Part shown: positions 23,161-35,739 of the stretch, piece by piece
Layout of the letters: each line of letters opens with the position of its first letter
Numbering within the stretch: the first letter of the stretch is position 1
Assembly: GCF_001194135.2 (NCBI RefSeq)
Contig: NC_068986.1
Span: forward strand, 65,478,550 to 65,520,625
DNA from: Octopus bimaculoides
Taxonomy: Eukaryota
Direction: 5' to 3'
DNA: 42,076 nucleotides
The notes under the pieces: model-generated
Told to the model about the DNA's origin: nothing
Seen by the model: the letters and a program-made list of their open reading frames with translations, nothing else
The model's database searches: none
Position numbers and translations under genes: made by a program

Positions 23161-24158
23161 ATATATATATATATATACACCTAGGGGTCAGCCACATTTA
23201 AGTGGCAATATACTTCACTATATATATATATTTATTTATATATTATATACATGTGTATGCGTATACATCTTTATGTATGTACATGTATGTATGTATATAG
23301 TATATAGAAGGGGTTATAAACCAAACTGTTACTGCATATTCCAGCAATCAAATATATACATATGGATGTTTTATTTTAAAAGGGAAAGTCATCCATAATA
23401 GTTCAAATTACCGGTGAATAACATTAAAGCAATCAGTGGATAATCTGGTATATTTTTAATTCCATGTTACGTGTGTTTTATTACAGTGTAGGAAATACAA
23501 TATAAATGTAAATATTATCATTAATCATAATAATATTATAAATATAATACATTCTATAGAGTTAATATTACTTTTCAGTCTTTGTCTGGATAGTCTCAGT
23601 TTAGGAGATACTATACATGTTCTCTCCATGTATATACCCATTATGAATTTATGATATTCATAATATTTTTATCAAGATTAAAAATATGTATATTTGTAAT
23701 CGTGGATGTTTTCTTAGAACTTTGCCCTATAGGAAACTCAACGAGGAAAAGGTTTATGTTTTTCGACATTCCTGCCACCCAGTAGCTGTAATCAGAGACT
23801 GGATTACAGATATCAGCATACGTATCCCCAATCTATTTTCAGATAGACAAATCATTAACCGGGCAGTACACCATTGCATAGAGTCTCTAGCGGGGAGTGG
23901 CTTTCCTAATAAGTTAATACATACATACATACATATATATATATATATNNNNNNNNNNNNNNNNNNNNNNNNNNNNNNNNNNNNNNNNNNNNNNNNNNNN
24001 NNNNNNNNNNNNNNNNNNNNNNNNNNNNNNNNNNNNNNNNNNNNNNNNNNNNNNNNNNNNNNNNNNNNNNNNNNNNNNNNNNNNNNNNNNNNNNNNNNNN
24101 NNNNNNNNNNNNNNNNNNNNNNNNNNNNNNNNNNNNNNNNNNNNNNNNNGTATGTATT

Positions 24159-24195
<37 letters not shown>

Positions 24196-24229
24196 AGGAT
24201 ACCCCACCTACACTCCCAAACCACAAAAA

Positions 24230-24600
24230 TGTTAGAAAACTAATTGTTATCTGTTGTAAATCTCCATTCAACCAAAATATTTGTACCAATATAACCAGGA
24301 GATTTCTGAATACCTAGACCCCATGAGCAACATCACCTTTTAAATTCTTATTATGTTAATATCAGCCATGCATGTTTAGATAACATCGCACGCTATGACA
24401 GATGCAAATACGCGTTCGCAAAATCCTTATCCCACACCACAAACTGCAACAATTGAAATCCTAACAATTATCTACTGGGAGGATACTGCTTCATGAACAC
24501 CGCGACGACCTCGCACCACCCGATGTTTGTATGAAACTCAACACGAGCATGAGAGCTAACAACTTCAAAAGGGGATACTCACAGCATATGCACTCCTTCA
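24230..24600 (+). mobile_element. Possible very old CR1-like LINE RT remnant
   Basis: Broken frames ISEYLDP.., FAKS..IPHHKL.., TGRILL.., RGYSQ loosely follow the YLDFAKAFDxVPHxKL..GxLLxWI..SGVPQG order; heavily degraded. Confidence 0.35.
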
Positions 24601-26999
24601 TACGTAGGGATAGGGAAAACTCTACTTCCTCTCCCGTTTCATCTGGAAACTCCATGAAGACAGAAACATCTCAATATCAAATAGAGTATACTCAACAGGG
24701 CCCCATGTTACTCGCCGGTGGGGTCGCAATTACCAATTCAGCTTCCAACAAAGGCTAAACTTACTCCCGCAGTTTGCAGTACCTACCAATAGAAAACTGA
24801 CATTTCACATTGCTGTTATAGAAGATATGCACTTTTGATGAATTTCAAACCATTGTCACCTGATAATCACAATATACCTCACTAAACTGGACTGTACAAT
24901 GACTGTTGTCTGTATAGAGATCACCACCTCATTCATGCATGTCACACACTGATGACTAAGCAGGATTCATCTGTTGTCGCTAAGATATCACCACAAGCAC
25001 GTAACAGTAATTGACCACTTACGTTAAAATCTCTCTGTAATGTACAAGCCATTACATACCACCCCCAGGTTCCAGACAGTTATGCCGTTAATGCATCAAA
25101 TACCACGCTTCGTTAAGCGACATTAAAACCTATCGTAAGAGTTGAATTTGTAGTCATTGCGCTATCGTCATAATACCATGATCCAAGCTGAACAATGGGG
25201 GTAAAGTTCTCCTAAAAGAAGCCATCTTGTCCTTTCTTCACTCAGTTTCCAAAACTCCAAAGAACTGGACCTGTTTTTGTGTATGTGTGTGTGCGCCCGC
25301 GTGCGTTACACACACACACACATACACACACACACTCACACACACACACACACANNNNNNNNNNGAGAGAGAGAGAGAGAGAGACAGATCATTGATTTTC
25401 ACAATGTTATTTCATTTCCAGCACCGACCGATATGATTTATATATCTCGGCTTCCTTCCCCGAAGAAAAGTAGAAATCAGCTATGTTATGCATCGGAGAA
25501 AGAAACTGGATATGGCTTCTCTGAGGATCGGTCAGTTAACTGTGAAACGGTCCATCAGAACCTCCCCTCCTCTTTTTCCGTATATCATTAGTATAGAAAC
25601 GATGTATTCACTCGCAATGAAGCTTTGTAATATTTCAATTTATTTCAGTTCGTCAGCTCATCTGAAGTACTGTATATTATACATAAATGTGTCCGTGTGT
25701 TGTTGTTGCTGTTGTTTAGTTTTATACCCAATGGTATATATTCTCCGACGTTTAATCGCAACCGCTATATTTTTCTTCATTTTCAAATATTTATTTAGAT
25801 TTCATTTGCGGATGAAATGATAGATATTTTTTACATAAACGTGAAAGTCCATTATGGAAACATGTACAATAATAATAAGAATTCCTTACGCATAAAGATA
25901 CACACACGAATAAACATGTAAAAAGGGAGAAATAGAGGAAGAAGAAGTGTTTGTGTACTTTTGTGTCTGTGCATGTAAACATGCATGGGCGTATATATAC
26001 ATGCTTGAGCGGAATGGTACGGTGATTGTTGAAATGTATTTTGTTACTTCTACGTTGAACAACCCTTTTAAACTCTCGGCTGTTACGTCTGAAATGAGGT
26101 CATCATATGCTGACGTCTTTGGTCACCTTCACACATCCGTAATCAATGCCGTTGCTTATTTTTCTGTTTTTTTTTCTTTTCTCTTTAAGACCTGATATGG
26201 CTTTCTTTCACCAGTTGAGAAGAATTATCTTGATAACGCGTTTTACGTAAATCTGCAGCGAATTTTGATATGCTGCTGTATAATTGATATTCACTTCCGG
26301 TTAATTGTTGATTTAATAACAGTGTTACTACGAACAACTGTACAGCCTCAACTATTTTCTTCTGACACTTATCATTGATTTACTATATGATTGACTTGTT
26401 ACTGCTATTTATAGTTATATATTTGGTATTTATAGCATTGTGTTACATGTTACATATATGTTTACTTTTATATCTATCTACCTATCTATCTATCTTTCTA
26501 TCCATCTGTCTCTCTCCCCCCCCTCTCTCCTCTCTCTCTCCCCTCTCTCTCTCCCCTCTCTCTCTCCCTTCTCTCTCTCCCCTNNNNNNNNNNNNNNCCC
26601 CTCCCCCCTCTCCCCCCTCTCTTTCTATATATATATATTATAAATCGAAAGTACAGGGAAAACGTGATAATAATACCGTGCAGTGGCAGCCATTTAACAG
26701 GTTTAACCTATGAATATATTTCTCATCGTGAGAGAGAGTGTGTGTGTGTGTATGTGTGTGCGTATGTATGTTTGTGCATGTGTGTGCATGCGTGTGAGAC
26801 ACAGAGAGAGAATGTGCGCGCGCGTGAGCGTGGATGTGTGTGTGAGAGAAAGGGAAAGAGAGAGGAAGAGAGATAGGAGTGAGATTGACCACGTAAGCGT
26901 GTATGTCTTCATACACACACCTAAATGTGTGTGTTTAAATAATGCATGTTTGTATGTACATGCACACACATATATGTATATATGTACACATACACATAT

Positions 27000-27006
27000 G
27001 TTTTAT

Positions 27007-27056
<50 letters not shown>
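27000..27056. repeat. (GTA)n microsatellite
   Basis: Direct reading. Confidence 0.9.
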
Positions 27057-27889
27057 TTTTGTTCTTGTTGTAGAAAGGTATATGAAAGGAGACGGTACAT
27101 TTTCATTTATATTAGCGTTGTTATGGCTTCGTGTCAATATGAATTATACAAATAGAAAGAACGAGTCTTATACATGTCACATAAAGAATAGGCAGAATAC
27201 TGACTGTAAGATCCCTAACGGCCTACTTCCCACAAGTTTCTTCTAGATGATTCAGTTATTGCTTACCTCTTTAACCGTTACCGAACTAAAAACTAGTTCT
27301 CGTTTAGCCTGACATCATAGAACAGGTTTTTGGTAAGATGTACTCTTTGTTAAGAAATTGATCAGGAACGGACAAAGGAACATTGTGGGCACTTTATAGA
27401 GCAACGACAAAAATATCTTCACAGTGTAATAATGAAGGAAAATAAGCTGGCACGCTTAAGTGTTATACAGTAGAAATACGCAATTGAACCAGGGTCGAAC
27501 AAATTTAGTTTATCAAAGAATTGCCTATTAACAGGCAACCCACGTTTTGAATTAATAGCCATATTAGTTTAAAATAACGGAAAAAATTGTACTTAAATAT
27601 CCAAATTTACTATTGCTTTATACAACGATTTAGATTACTTTAGGCGAAAAATAAGGGCGTGCGTCACTCGAAAAAGGGACAGTTATCCTAAAGCAGAGTT
27701 ATGCGATGATTTCTAGATAACTGAGTAAATACTCAATAAAAAGGTAAATATCAAGTACTCTCAATTTCGGCGTGCTGTATATAGGTAGATAATTCTACAA
27801 AAATATGGAACATTTACCACAAGATATCTGTGAGTGTATATGAAAGTATGTGAGTATACATATACACGTGTGTAGGTGTATGTACATGT

Positions 27890-28110
27890 ACGGCATTGCA
27901 GTGGTGTTGGCTAAGGAGCTCGCTTTCAGGTTCGGTCCATTGAGCATGTTTTTCTCTACTATAGCCTTGGGTCGATCGAAGCATTATAATTGAAACTTGG
28001 TAGATGGAAGCTGTGATGAAACCATGCTGTTGTATACTTGTGTTTATCTGTGCGTGTGAGTTTGTGTTCGTGTGTGGGTTGGCAAGTCACGGCAAAAGAA
28101 AACGGATGAG
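27890..28110 (+). mobile_element. SINE family B, strongly degenerate copy
   Basis: ttctctactatagccttgggtcgatcgaagcattat..cttggtagatggaagctg..ggcaaaagaaaacgga. Confidence 0.6.
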
Positions 28111-29837
28111 TTGTACCAAAACCTCTATTATTTTCATCTCCGACTTTGACTCTCATTCTTAATGGATCTTCATAAGATTAATTACAACAGAAAGAAAAGG
28201 AGTCAAAATATATATTTTTAATAATAGATGTTTGAAATTAAATGCACTTGTTAAAATTTATAAAAGGAATAGCGAAGAATGTAGAGATTGTCTGTGTGAC
28301 AAATTTCTTCAATACTCAGATATTCTCCTAAATTTTGTTGGTCTGTCCGATATGGCTACTATAATGATTATATCTTCATTCCTCAGGTTATGCAAAACTA
28401 TTTAAAGAGTATTTAATAATTGTCTTTTAATTGGTGATGCGACAAAAGAGTTTCTGAATTGCTTTGGCGAAGTCTTATGGGTGCTATGACAAGGGGTTGT
28501 CTCTTAAGGAGAAAAAAAAGTAGAAATATGTGATACAATGATCGCCGTCGGACGCTATGTAATACTTTAAAGCATTACTCACTCATTTGTGTCTGTTGAC
28601 TATTAAGGTCGATAATTCAGTGAAGGTTATTTTCATGAAGAGTTTAAATGCAGATACGTCACAGACAAACAGACACACACATTCATATAATCTATTCACA
28701 CATATGTGTGTACTTGTGTGGCTATATGTGTGTGTGTGCGTGTGTGTGTGTGTATAAATATAAACATTAATGTTTATATATACATGTACATGTATGCATG
28801 TATATATATANNNNNNNNNNNNNNNNNNNNNNNNNNNNNNNNNNNNNNNNNNNNNNNNNNNNNNNNNNNNNNNNNNNNNNNNNNNNNNNNNNNNNNNNNN
28901 NNNNNNNNNNNNNNNNNNNNNNNNNNNNNNNNNNNNNNNNNNNNNNNNNNNNNNNNNNNNNNNATATATATATATATATATATACATGCATGCAAATGTC
29001 ATTTGCAAATATGATATCAAATAAACATTACGTAATATCTTTGACATTAGATGACAAATCCAATAGAGAAACCTGGAAACTGGAAGGTAGTGTATCTTTA
29101 CGTTCGTTTGCATTCTGCCTTGAAATCCCTCTGGTGATGGCGGTCATTGTAGTAGAGGGAGACCTTGTATTACATTAACTCAGGAATCCATAAAATATGT
29201 ACTAGTAATACTTTGGGAGTCGTTCCATTTCATTCGGCTTCAGCACTTTAGAAATTACAGACCTTGTGTCAATGTAAGAAATCAATATTATTGATCAGAT
29301 AAGAACCACAATGACACAGGTAAATATAATTCGACTATAGAGCACATCTATGTTGTATCGAAGCTCATTGTCATATCAATGTTTCTTCACATACGTTGAG
29401 TAAATAGTAAAGGATGGCTGTTGCAGTCCATTGTTGGATGTACATGTCTTCAATATTTGCTAGCTATCGGTTGAATCACGAACGATGACAATTTTATTAT
29501 TCGTCCTTGTCAGCTGAAATGCCTCAAATTGGCAGAATATTTAGAGCTCCAGACAAAATACTCTGTTTCATTTGTTCCGGCTCTTTGCATTCTGATTTCA
29601 AACGCACTAACGTCATCTTGGCTTTTCGAATAAAATACGATAAAGTATCATTCAAATACTGGATTCCGTGGCGACAACTAACTACCTCCCATCAAAACTG
29701 TTGGCTTTGTGGCTAAATTAGAAACAATTTTATCAATAGGGTGTTCCGTAAAACGCCTTACCAACAGACATATCACATCTCTCAGATTTTATATTAGAGA
29801 GTGCAGTTGCCTTACCACTAAGAAAAACTGCCTGTGG

Positions 29838-29917
29838 TCAAAAGTTTGCTTCCCAGCCACATATAGCCTCGGGCCGACCAATGCCATGTGAGTGGAAGAC
29901 GGAAACTGAAAGCCCGT

Positions 29918-29920
<3 letters not shown>
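29838..29920 (+). mobile_element. SINE family B fragment
   Basis: ttgcttcccagccacatatagcctcgggccgaccaatgccatgtgagtggaagacggaaactgaaagcccgtcg. Confidence 0.8.
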
Positions 29921-29962
<42 letters not shown>

Positions 29963-30234
29963 TTGTGTGTGTGTATTTCCAGTTCCCGTCCCCATTACAC
30001 TGTTTCATGTCCTATCCAGCTCCCTGTTTCGTTCACTTTTAAATTACAAATAGATTTAGAAATACACCGTGACGTGGGATAGATTTACAGATACTTGCAA
30101 GTAATGCAGTTGAATCATAAAATTGATTGATTGTACTGGTAGGGTAATATTAAAGTGGAATTGGTGGATGGTTGGAAAGATGAGAAGATTGACAATATGC
30201 GAGTATGAAACAACTGATTGATGGTTGATTATTA

Positions 30235-32185
30235 TCAGTTTTGCAGAGCCTCTTGATATACTACACTTTGGGTCTTGCCCTCTGGAGCATAAATAAACAA
30301 ATGATTCGGATTGCCAACTCTTGAGCATCCTACATACAGTTGGTCATGGGGAAAAAAACAGGTTCTGCAAGGTTTAGGCCTACCACGTCCAAGCACTCAC
30401 CCTGGAGCTTCTTTATGATCATTGCAAAACTCAGTTGTACAAGAAATTGCAGTCACTTGAATTCAAATGGCATGTCAGGAGGAATCAGCAGAATTCGTGG
30501 TATGAAGACAACACTACCACTTGCTTTGCTAGTGGGAATGGTCGTCTCTAAAAGTTTTAGCATCATTTTCTTCATTGTAAGTCGTGTGCCATTGCAAAGC
30601 TTGGGTGAGTCCAGGTTTCATAAAAATATGATTGGTGCGCCAATCTTGAGGTGCAAGTTGTGAGGTGGGAAGCCTGCTGGTGACAGGCTATTCAAAAATT
30701 CAGTGAGATAGTTCACAACTTCATCGGAGTCAATTGACTTGAGGCTGCAACGCTCACCAGGCAGCTGATCCAGGAGTTTGATGTTCAAATCACCCACTGT
30801 CACGTTGTTTGGCACTAAGATGGCACATGTTCTCAGCCAGGTTTGGTATTTAAATTGACACCCCAGGTTTGGAAATGCTCTAGCCATTGGTTCCTGTATG
30901 TCCAATACAATGTGTCCAAAATGCAAACTAACCTGTACACCCTGTCCACCAGCTAGAGTGCTTTTACCAACATCCAATAGCTTCCGATAGAATGTTACAG
31001 CTTCTTCATCACCACTAAGCTGCACTCTCGTGTTTGTTTTGAGCCTTAATTTCTTTACACTCCTTCACAGGTAAAACAACTTTATACTGGCATTTACCTT
31101 GTCAGCTCTTGTTCCCTTTGGAATCACTGGAAGGGTCTGTCTAAAGTCTCCCACAAGCAGGACTATCGCACTTTCCATGAGTCGTATGTTGTGCCTCAGA
31201 TCCTGCAGTGCTCTGTCAAGAGCCTCGAAGACACCCTTATCACTCATTGTCGCCTCATCTCAGACGATCAACTTGTACTCATTAAAGAGTTTACCTTCTA
31301 TTGTGCCACGACTGATGTTGCAGGTTGCCTTCTCTTTCTTGGACAGGTCCAAAGGGAATTTGAAGAACGAATGGGCTGTGCGGCCACCATTTAGCAGGGT
31401 GGTAACTATTCCACTTGAGGCTACTGCCACCATTTAGCAAGGTGGCAGCTATTCCATTTGAGGCCACTACTAACGCAATCTTTCATTTGTCGAATTTTAA
31501 CCAATAGAAGGTTGATGACAAATGTCTTGCCAGTTCCACCTGGGGTATCCAGGAAAAATCAACCTCCCCTTTCACCTTCAATACTTGAAATAATTGAGTA
31601 ATAAGCATCCATTTTGTCCTCTGTCAGTCGGTGCTCGTTTTCATAACATACGCTGTCATTTGTTCGGTATCATAGGTGATCTCACGCGTGTAATCAATTG
31701 CTAGAGTGTTGGTTGCCTGTTCTTGTTGAGGCAGGCCAACATTGGCGATTTCTTGGCCTCCCATAGCTTGGACTTGGGTGTTCATGTCAAGTAGTGCCAC
31801 GTTGTAAATTGAATCACTGATGTTGATATTTTCGACTCAACTCTGTCTCTGAATCTTGTGCAGAATGTCCTCAGCCAAGCTTTCTTTGTGGTTCTCCCAA
31901 AGCTTGAAAGGCTCATCCAAGCCACATGTCATCAACATGGAAAATAATTGACGCAGTCAACTTAGCGGTTTGCTGACTGCTGTTTCCTCCAGTGTTTGAT
32001 GCCAGTAGCATCATTGTCCAATAGCCCATGTTTGGCACAGGCTTCTCTGTAGGTCGTACAGACCTCTCCATTATACTTTCACAGGTCTGTGAATGATGTA
32101 AGATTTGTGACTGCGCTGCAGCAGACGCAGAAAGAAACACTCCTGCTGATTGGGATGCACAGTGTACACCCACATGATGGCCTCG
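30235..32185 (-). mobile_element. Decayed Helitron Rep-Hel C-terminal region (PIF1-like helicase)
   Basis: Minus translations: VYTVHPNQQECFFLRLLL, TTYREACAKHGLLDND, FLDTPGGTGKTFVINLLL (Walker A), ASSGIVTTLLNGGRTAHSFFKFP, DEATMS, LLVGDFRQTLPVI, EFLNSLSPAGFPPHNLHLKIGAPII, HDQLYVGCSRVGNP, KTQSVVYQEALQN*. Multiple stops and frameshifts. Confidence 0.93.
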
Positions 32186-32415
32186 CTTAATTTTTAAAGC
32201 GAAATATGACCTGTCAAGTTTCTTGATGATGTTTCGCTTTAAAGCATTGACTGAAAGAGAGACAAAAGATATTACAAGAGAGTAGTAGGTAGGGTGATAT
32301 GTAAATAAGCGGGAGTTTGGCGAATAGAATCTCAGCAAAGGTATAGAGTGTGAGTGAATGATATAGATAATGATAAAAACAGAAACTGTGAGAGAAACTT
32401 AGAGAAGTAGAGAAA

Positions 32416-32419
<4 letters not shown>

Positions 32420-32472
<53 letters not shown>
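32420..32472. repeat. (GA)n microsatellite
   Basis: Direct reading. Confidence 0.95.
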
Positions 32473-32476
<4 letters not shown>

Positions 32477-33121
32477 GGAAATTCGTATATAATATCGAAA
32501 TGAGGAGATGTTAGGAATCAGGGAAAAGATATAGCGACGTGATACTGTGAAACTAATGAAGGAGAGTAAGTGAAAGTAAAAAACAACATTAACTGAAAGA
32601 TGACAAAATGAAACACACGAAGAAAATAGTTCACGATTCGCAGAAAATAAAATTCATAATTTGCTGAACGGAAGCAGAAATAATACGCATTACTTTTGAC
32701 TTGTACTACATTGGTTTGTGCTATAAAACACTAGTCACCTCCCCTCTATCCATCGCTATCCTTCACAAAACTACTTTCGCAACCGCAATAATAGAGTTGT
32801 ATTTAATTTCCATAATTACAATATGATGATATACTCCTATGACTGATATGAATATTTCCGTATCCCATGTAGGCATTACATGTATAAATACGTACTTCAT
32901 CTTGTTGTTACCATCATCATCGTCGGCGTCGTTGTCGTCGTAGTTGTAGGAATTAGTTTTGCAATTTGTGTTTAATATTAATCCTGTAACTGATCTTGTT
33001 GTTGTTGTTGTCGCTGCTGCTGCTGCTGCAACCTGTTTTTGATAATGATGATAATAATGATGGTTGTCATGGTAATGCAGGTGGTGGTTGTTGTGGGGTG
33101 AAAATGATAGTATTAGTGTTA

Positions 33122-33122
33122 C

Positions 33123-33154
<32 letters not shown>

Positions 33155-33213
33155 TTGCTGCTGCTGCTGTTGCTTATGATGATGATGACGACGACGACGA
33201 AGACGACGACGAC

Positions 33214-33300
<87 letters not shown>

Positions 33301-33302
33301 GT

Positions 33303-33354
<52 letters not shown>

Positions 33355-33423
33355 GTTGATGATGATGATGATGATGATGATGATGAGGAGGAGGAGGAGG
33401 AGGAGGAGGAGGAGGAGGAGGAA
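33122..33423. repeat. Compound trinucleotide array (CTG)n-(GAT/GAC)n-(GAG)n
   Basis: Direct reading; source of the poly-D/E, poly-M and poly-I ORFs. Confidence 0.95.
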
Positions 33424-34225
33424 GAGTCTGTTGCTGGTTTTGTTATACAAGTTTCTTCCCACTACAGAGTCTCTATTTGCTGCTATTTCTATATTTATTC
33501 TTATTGCTAAGTTGTGTTGTAGTTGTTATCGTGGTTGACGCAGCTGTTACTATTATTGTTGCTATTACTGCAATTACTATTTTTTTCTTTTGCAATCCGT
33601 ATTGGCGTTTTCGTCGTGCTACAAGTTAATCCTTCCATCTACTCATATTTTTTTCCACCCGCAGCCGCCTTACAGTCTTCATAAAAGTGAATTCCTCATT
33701 TGTTCACTGATTTGAAAAGTTGCCACCCTCTCTTTAATTTCCTTGTCTACTCTGATCTGATAACCAGGCAAACACACACATAATTAGGGGCCAGAATGAA
33801 GGGAACCAACAGTGTCTGTAAGCCGGTGTTATCTGTTGTACTGAGTAAGTATTATTTGGATGGATGCGGTCACATTCTTGCGATTATATAGCATAGAGGC
33901 GGCTCGTGCAAACACTTTCCTTTATAATGTTTTATTTAGACTGAATGAAAGCTAATTGTCTCCATGAAAGAATATGGTTATAGTCATTGTTTTCATTCTC
34001 TCCCTTTCTTTCTCTCTCCCAATCTATAAAAATTCATAGATGCAATATACATATACATTGAAAAAGAGAGAGAGAGATGACATACATGATATATGTGTGC
34101 GTGTGTGTGCGCATGTGTGCATGTGTGTATTTGTATACACGTTCGTGTATGTGCATATCGATTAAGGGTGTCTATAGCTCTTGAATGTTGTAGATCTCCC
34201 TTTCTCTGTGTGTGTCTGTGTGCTG

Positions 34226-34277
<52 letters not shown>

Positions 34278-34430
34278 NNNNNNNNNNNNNNNNNNNNNNN
34301 NNNNNNNNNNNNNNNNNNNNNNNNNNNNNNNNNNNNNNNNNNNNNNNNNNNNNNNNNNNNNNNNNNNNNNNNNNNNNNNNNNNNNNNNNNNNNNNNNNNN
34401 NNNNNNNNNNNNNNNNNNNNNNNNNNNNNN

Positions 34431-34485
<55 letters not shown>

Positions 34486-35009
34486 CCTTTACACGCACAA
34501 TTGTATTTCGATATGTTAATGGTTTCTTGTTATTCCATAAGGAGGCTGTATCTTATACGTATGTATAATATGTCTAAGACGACGCACTTACATATACAGA
34601 AACACAGTGCATGCAAACACATGCATACACATGTATCTAAAATACACACAGATATACTCAGATGCACACACAAATACACATACACACAGACACGTGCACA
34701 CACACACAGACACGTGCACACACACACATGGAGATTATCATAAATATACTACCATTTGTAGAAATACCATTGGGCTTTGAAGGAAATTTTTGTAGACGAA
34801 TTCTAGAAATCATAAACGCAGGCATGACTATTTGGTCAGACGCTTGCTTCCCAACCACATGGTTCCTGGTTCAGTCCTACTGTGTGGCACCTTGGGCAAG
34901 TGACTTCTACTATAACCTTGGGTCGACCAAAGCCTTGTGAATGGACTTGGTAGACAGAAACTGAAAGAAGCCTGTCTTACACACACACACACACACACGC
35001 ACATATATA

Positions 35010-35300
35010 GGGAGAATTCACAAAAAAAAAAGACGAAGACATGTGGTGTAGACAACAAACAGATGTATTAGTTTAACGCTCCGGAAGTGAAAAAGTCTTT
35101 AACGTTTCAAGCCTACGCTCTTCCTCAGAAAGGAATACAGAAAGAAACAAGGAGAGAAAACAAAGAATGTGTAGTGGCTAGCGAGGACGTCACCAACTGT
35201 GTAAACAACATGAAGTATGAAGACAAACGAGTTTAAGTAACATGGAGAACGACCTTTCATCAGTTGTCGGCTGTCTACTACTCCTCATTTCGAGCATTCA

Positions 35301-35301
<1 letters not shown>
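35010..35301 (-). mobile_element. Hammerhead-containing short element (probable Penelope-like derivative) inserted in a (TA)n tract
   Basis: Bounded by catatata| and |tatatata inside the SINE; carries a hammerhead motif on the minus strand. Confidence 0.6.
35097..35132 (-). ncRNA. Minimal type I hammerhead ribozyme motif
   Basis: Minus strand CTTT CTGAGGA a GAGC gtag GCTT GAAAC GTT AAAG: 4-bp stem I, CUGANGA core, 4-bp stem II with tetraloop, GAAA, palindromic ACGT stem III and GUU triplet. Confidence 0.7.
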
Positions 35302-35343
<42 letters not shown>

Positions 35344-35653
35344 CTTGCCCGTGTTTGTGTCTATGTTTGTCCCCCACCACCGCTTGACAGCTGGTGTTGG
35401 TGTTTACGTCCCCGTAACTAACTGGTTCGGCAAAAAGGAACGATAAAATAAGTATCAGGTTGAACAAATGAACAAGTACTGGGGTCAACTCGTTCGACTA
35501 AAAATTCTTTAAGGCGGCACGCCACCATGGCGGCAGTCTAATAATGACTGAAACAGGTAAACGATAAAAGATAAAAGATACCAAGAGATTGAATAGTGAG
35601 GTATTCTACCATAGTTACAATTATGTTAAAGGGTTCTTCAATAACTTACTCAC

Positions 35654-35739
35654 CGCAAATGTAGAAGAGAAGACATCTTGCCGTGATACAGGAACAAAAT
35701 TTCTATCGCCAGTTATATAAATTTTATCAGAATACTTTA
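35654..35739 (-). other. Candidate coding exon of unknown minus-strand gene
   Basis: Acceptor cctttcttttttggttggttag|, strong donor GCG|gtgagt; only one open frame (xKYSDKIYITGDRNFVPVSRQDVFSSTFA). Confidence 0.4.

Larger units (their letters stand above)
34817..35580 (+). mobile_element. SINE family B copy interrupted by a nested insertion in its internal microsatellite
   Basis: 5' half 34817-34980 and 3' half about 35340-35580 match family B; unrelated sequence occupies 35010-35301. Confidence 0.85.

Noticed and set aside
29020-29640. Several short open segments with splice-like ends on both strands (e.g. DDKSNRETWKLE, VSLYYNDRHHQRDFKAECKR, QDDVSAFEIRMQRAGTNETE)
   Set aside because: Weak splice sites, mutually incompatible strands and no recognisable homology; expected by chance in AT-rich DNA.
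30618-31247. PIF1 helicase ORFs as a host pif1 gene
   Set aside because: Intronless, riddled with stops and frameshifts, and flanked by Helitron-specific motifs (VYTVHP..ECFFLRLLL, terminal VVYQEAL).
35245-35300. Minus-strand gctcGAAAtgagg...gacaaCTGATGAaagg resembling a permuted hammerhead
   Set aside because: Stems I and III cannot be formed; core motifs alone are insufficient.
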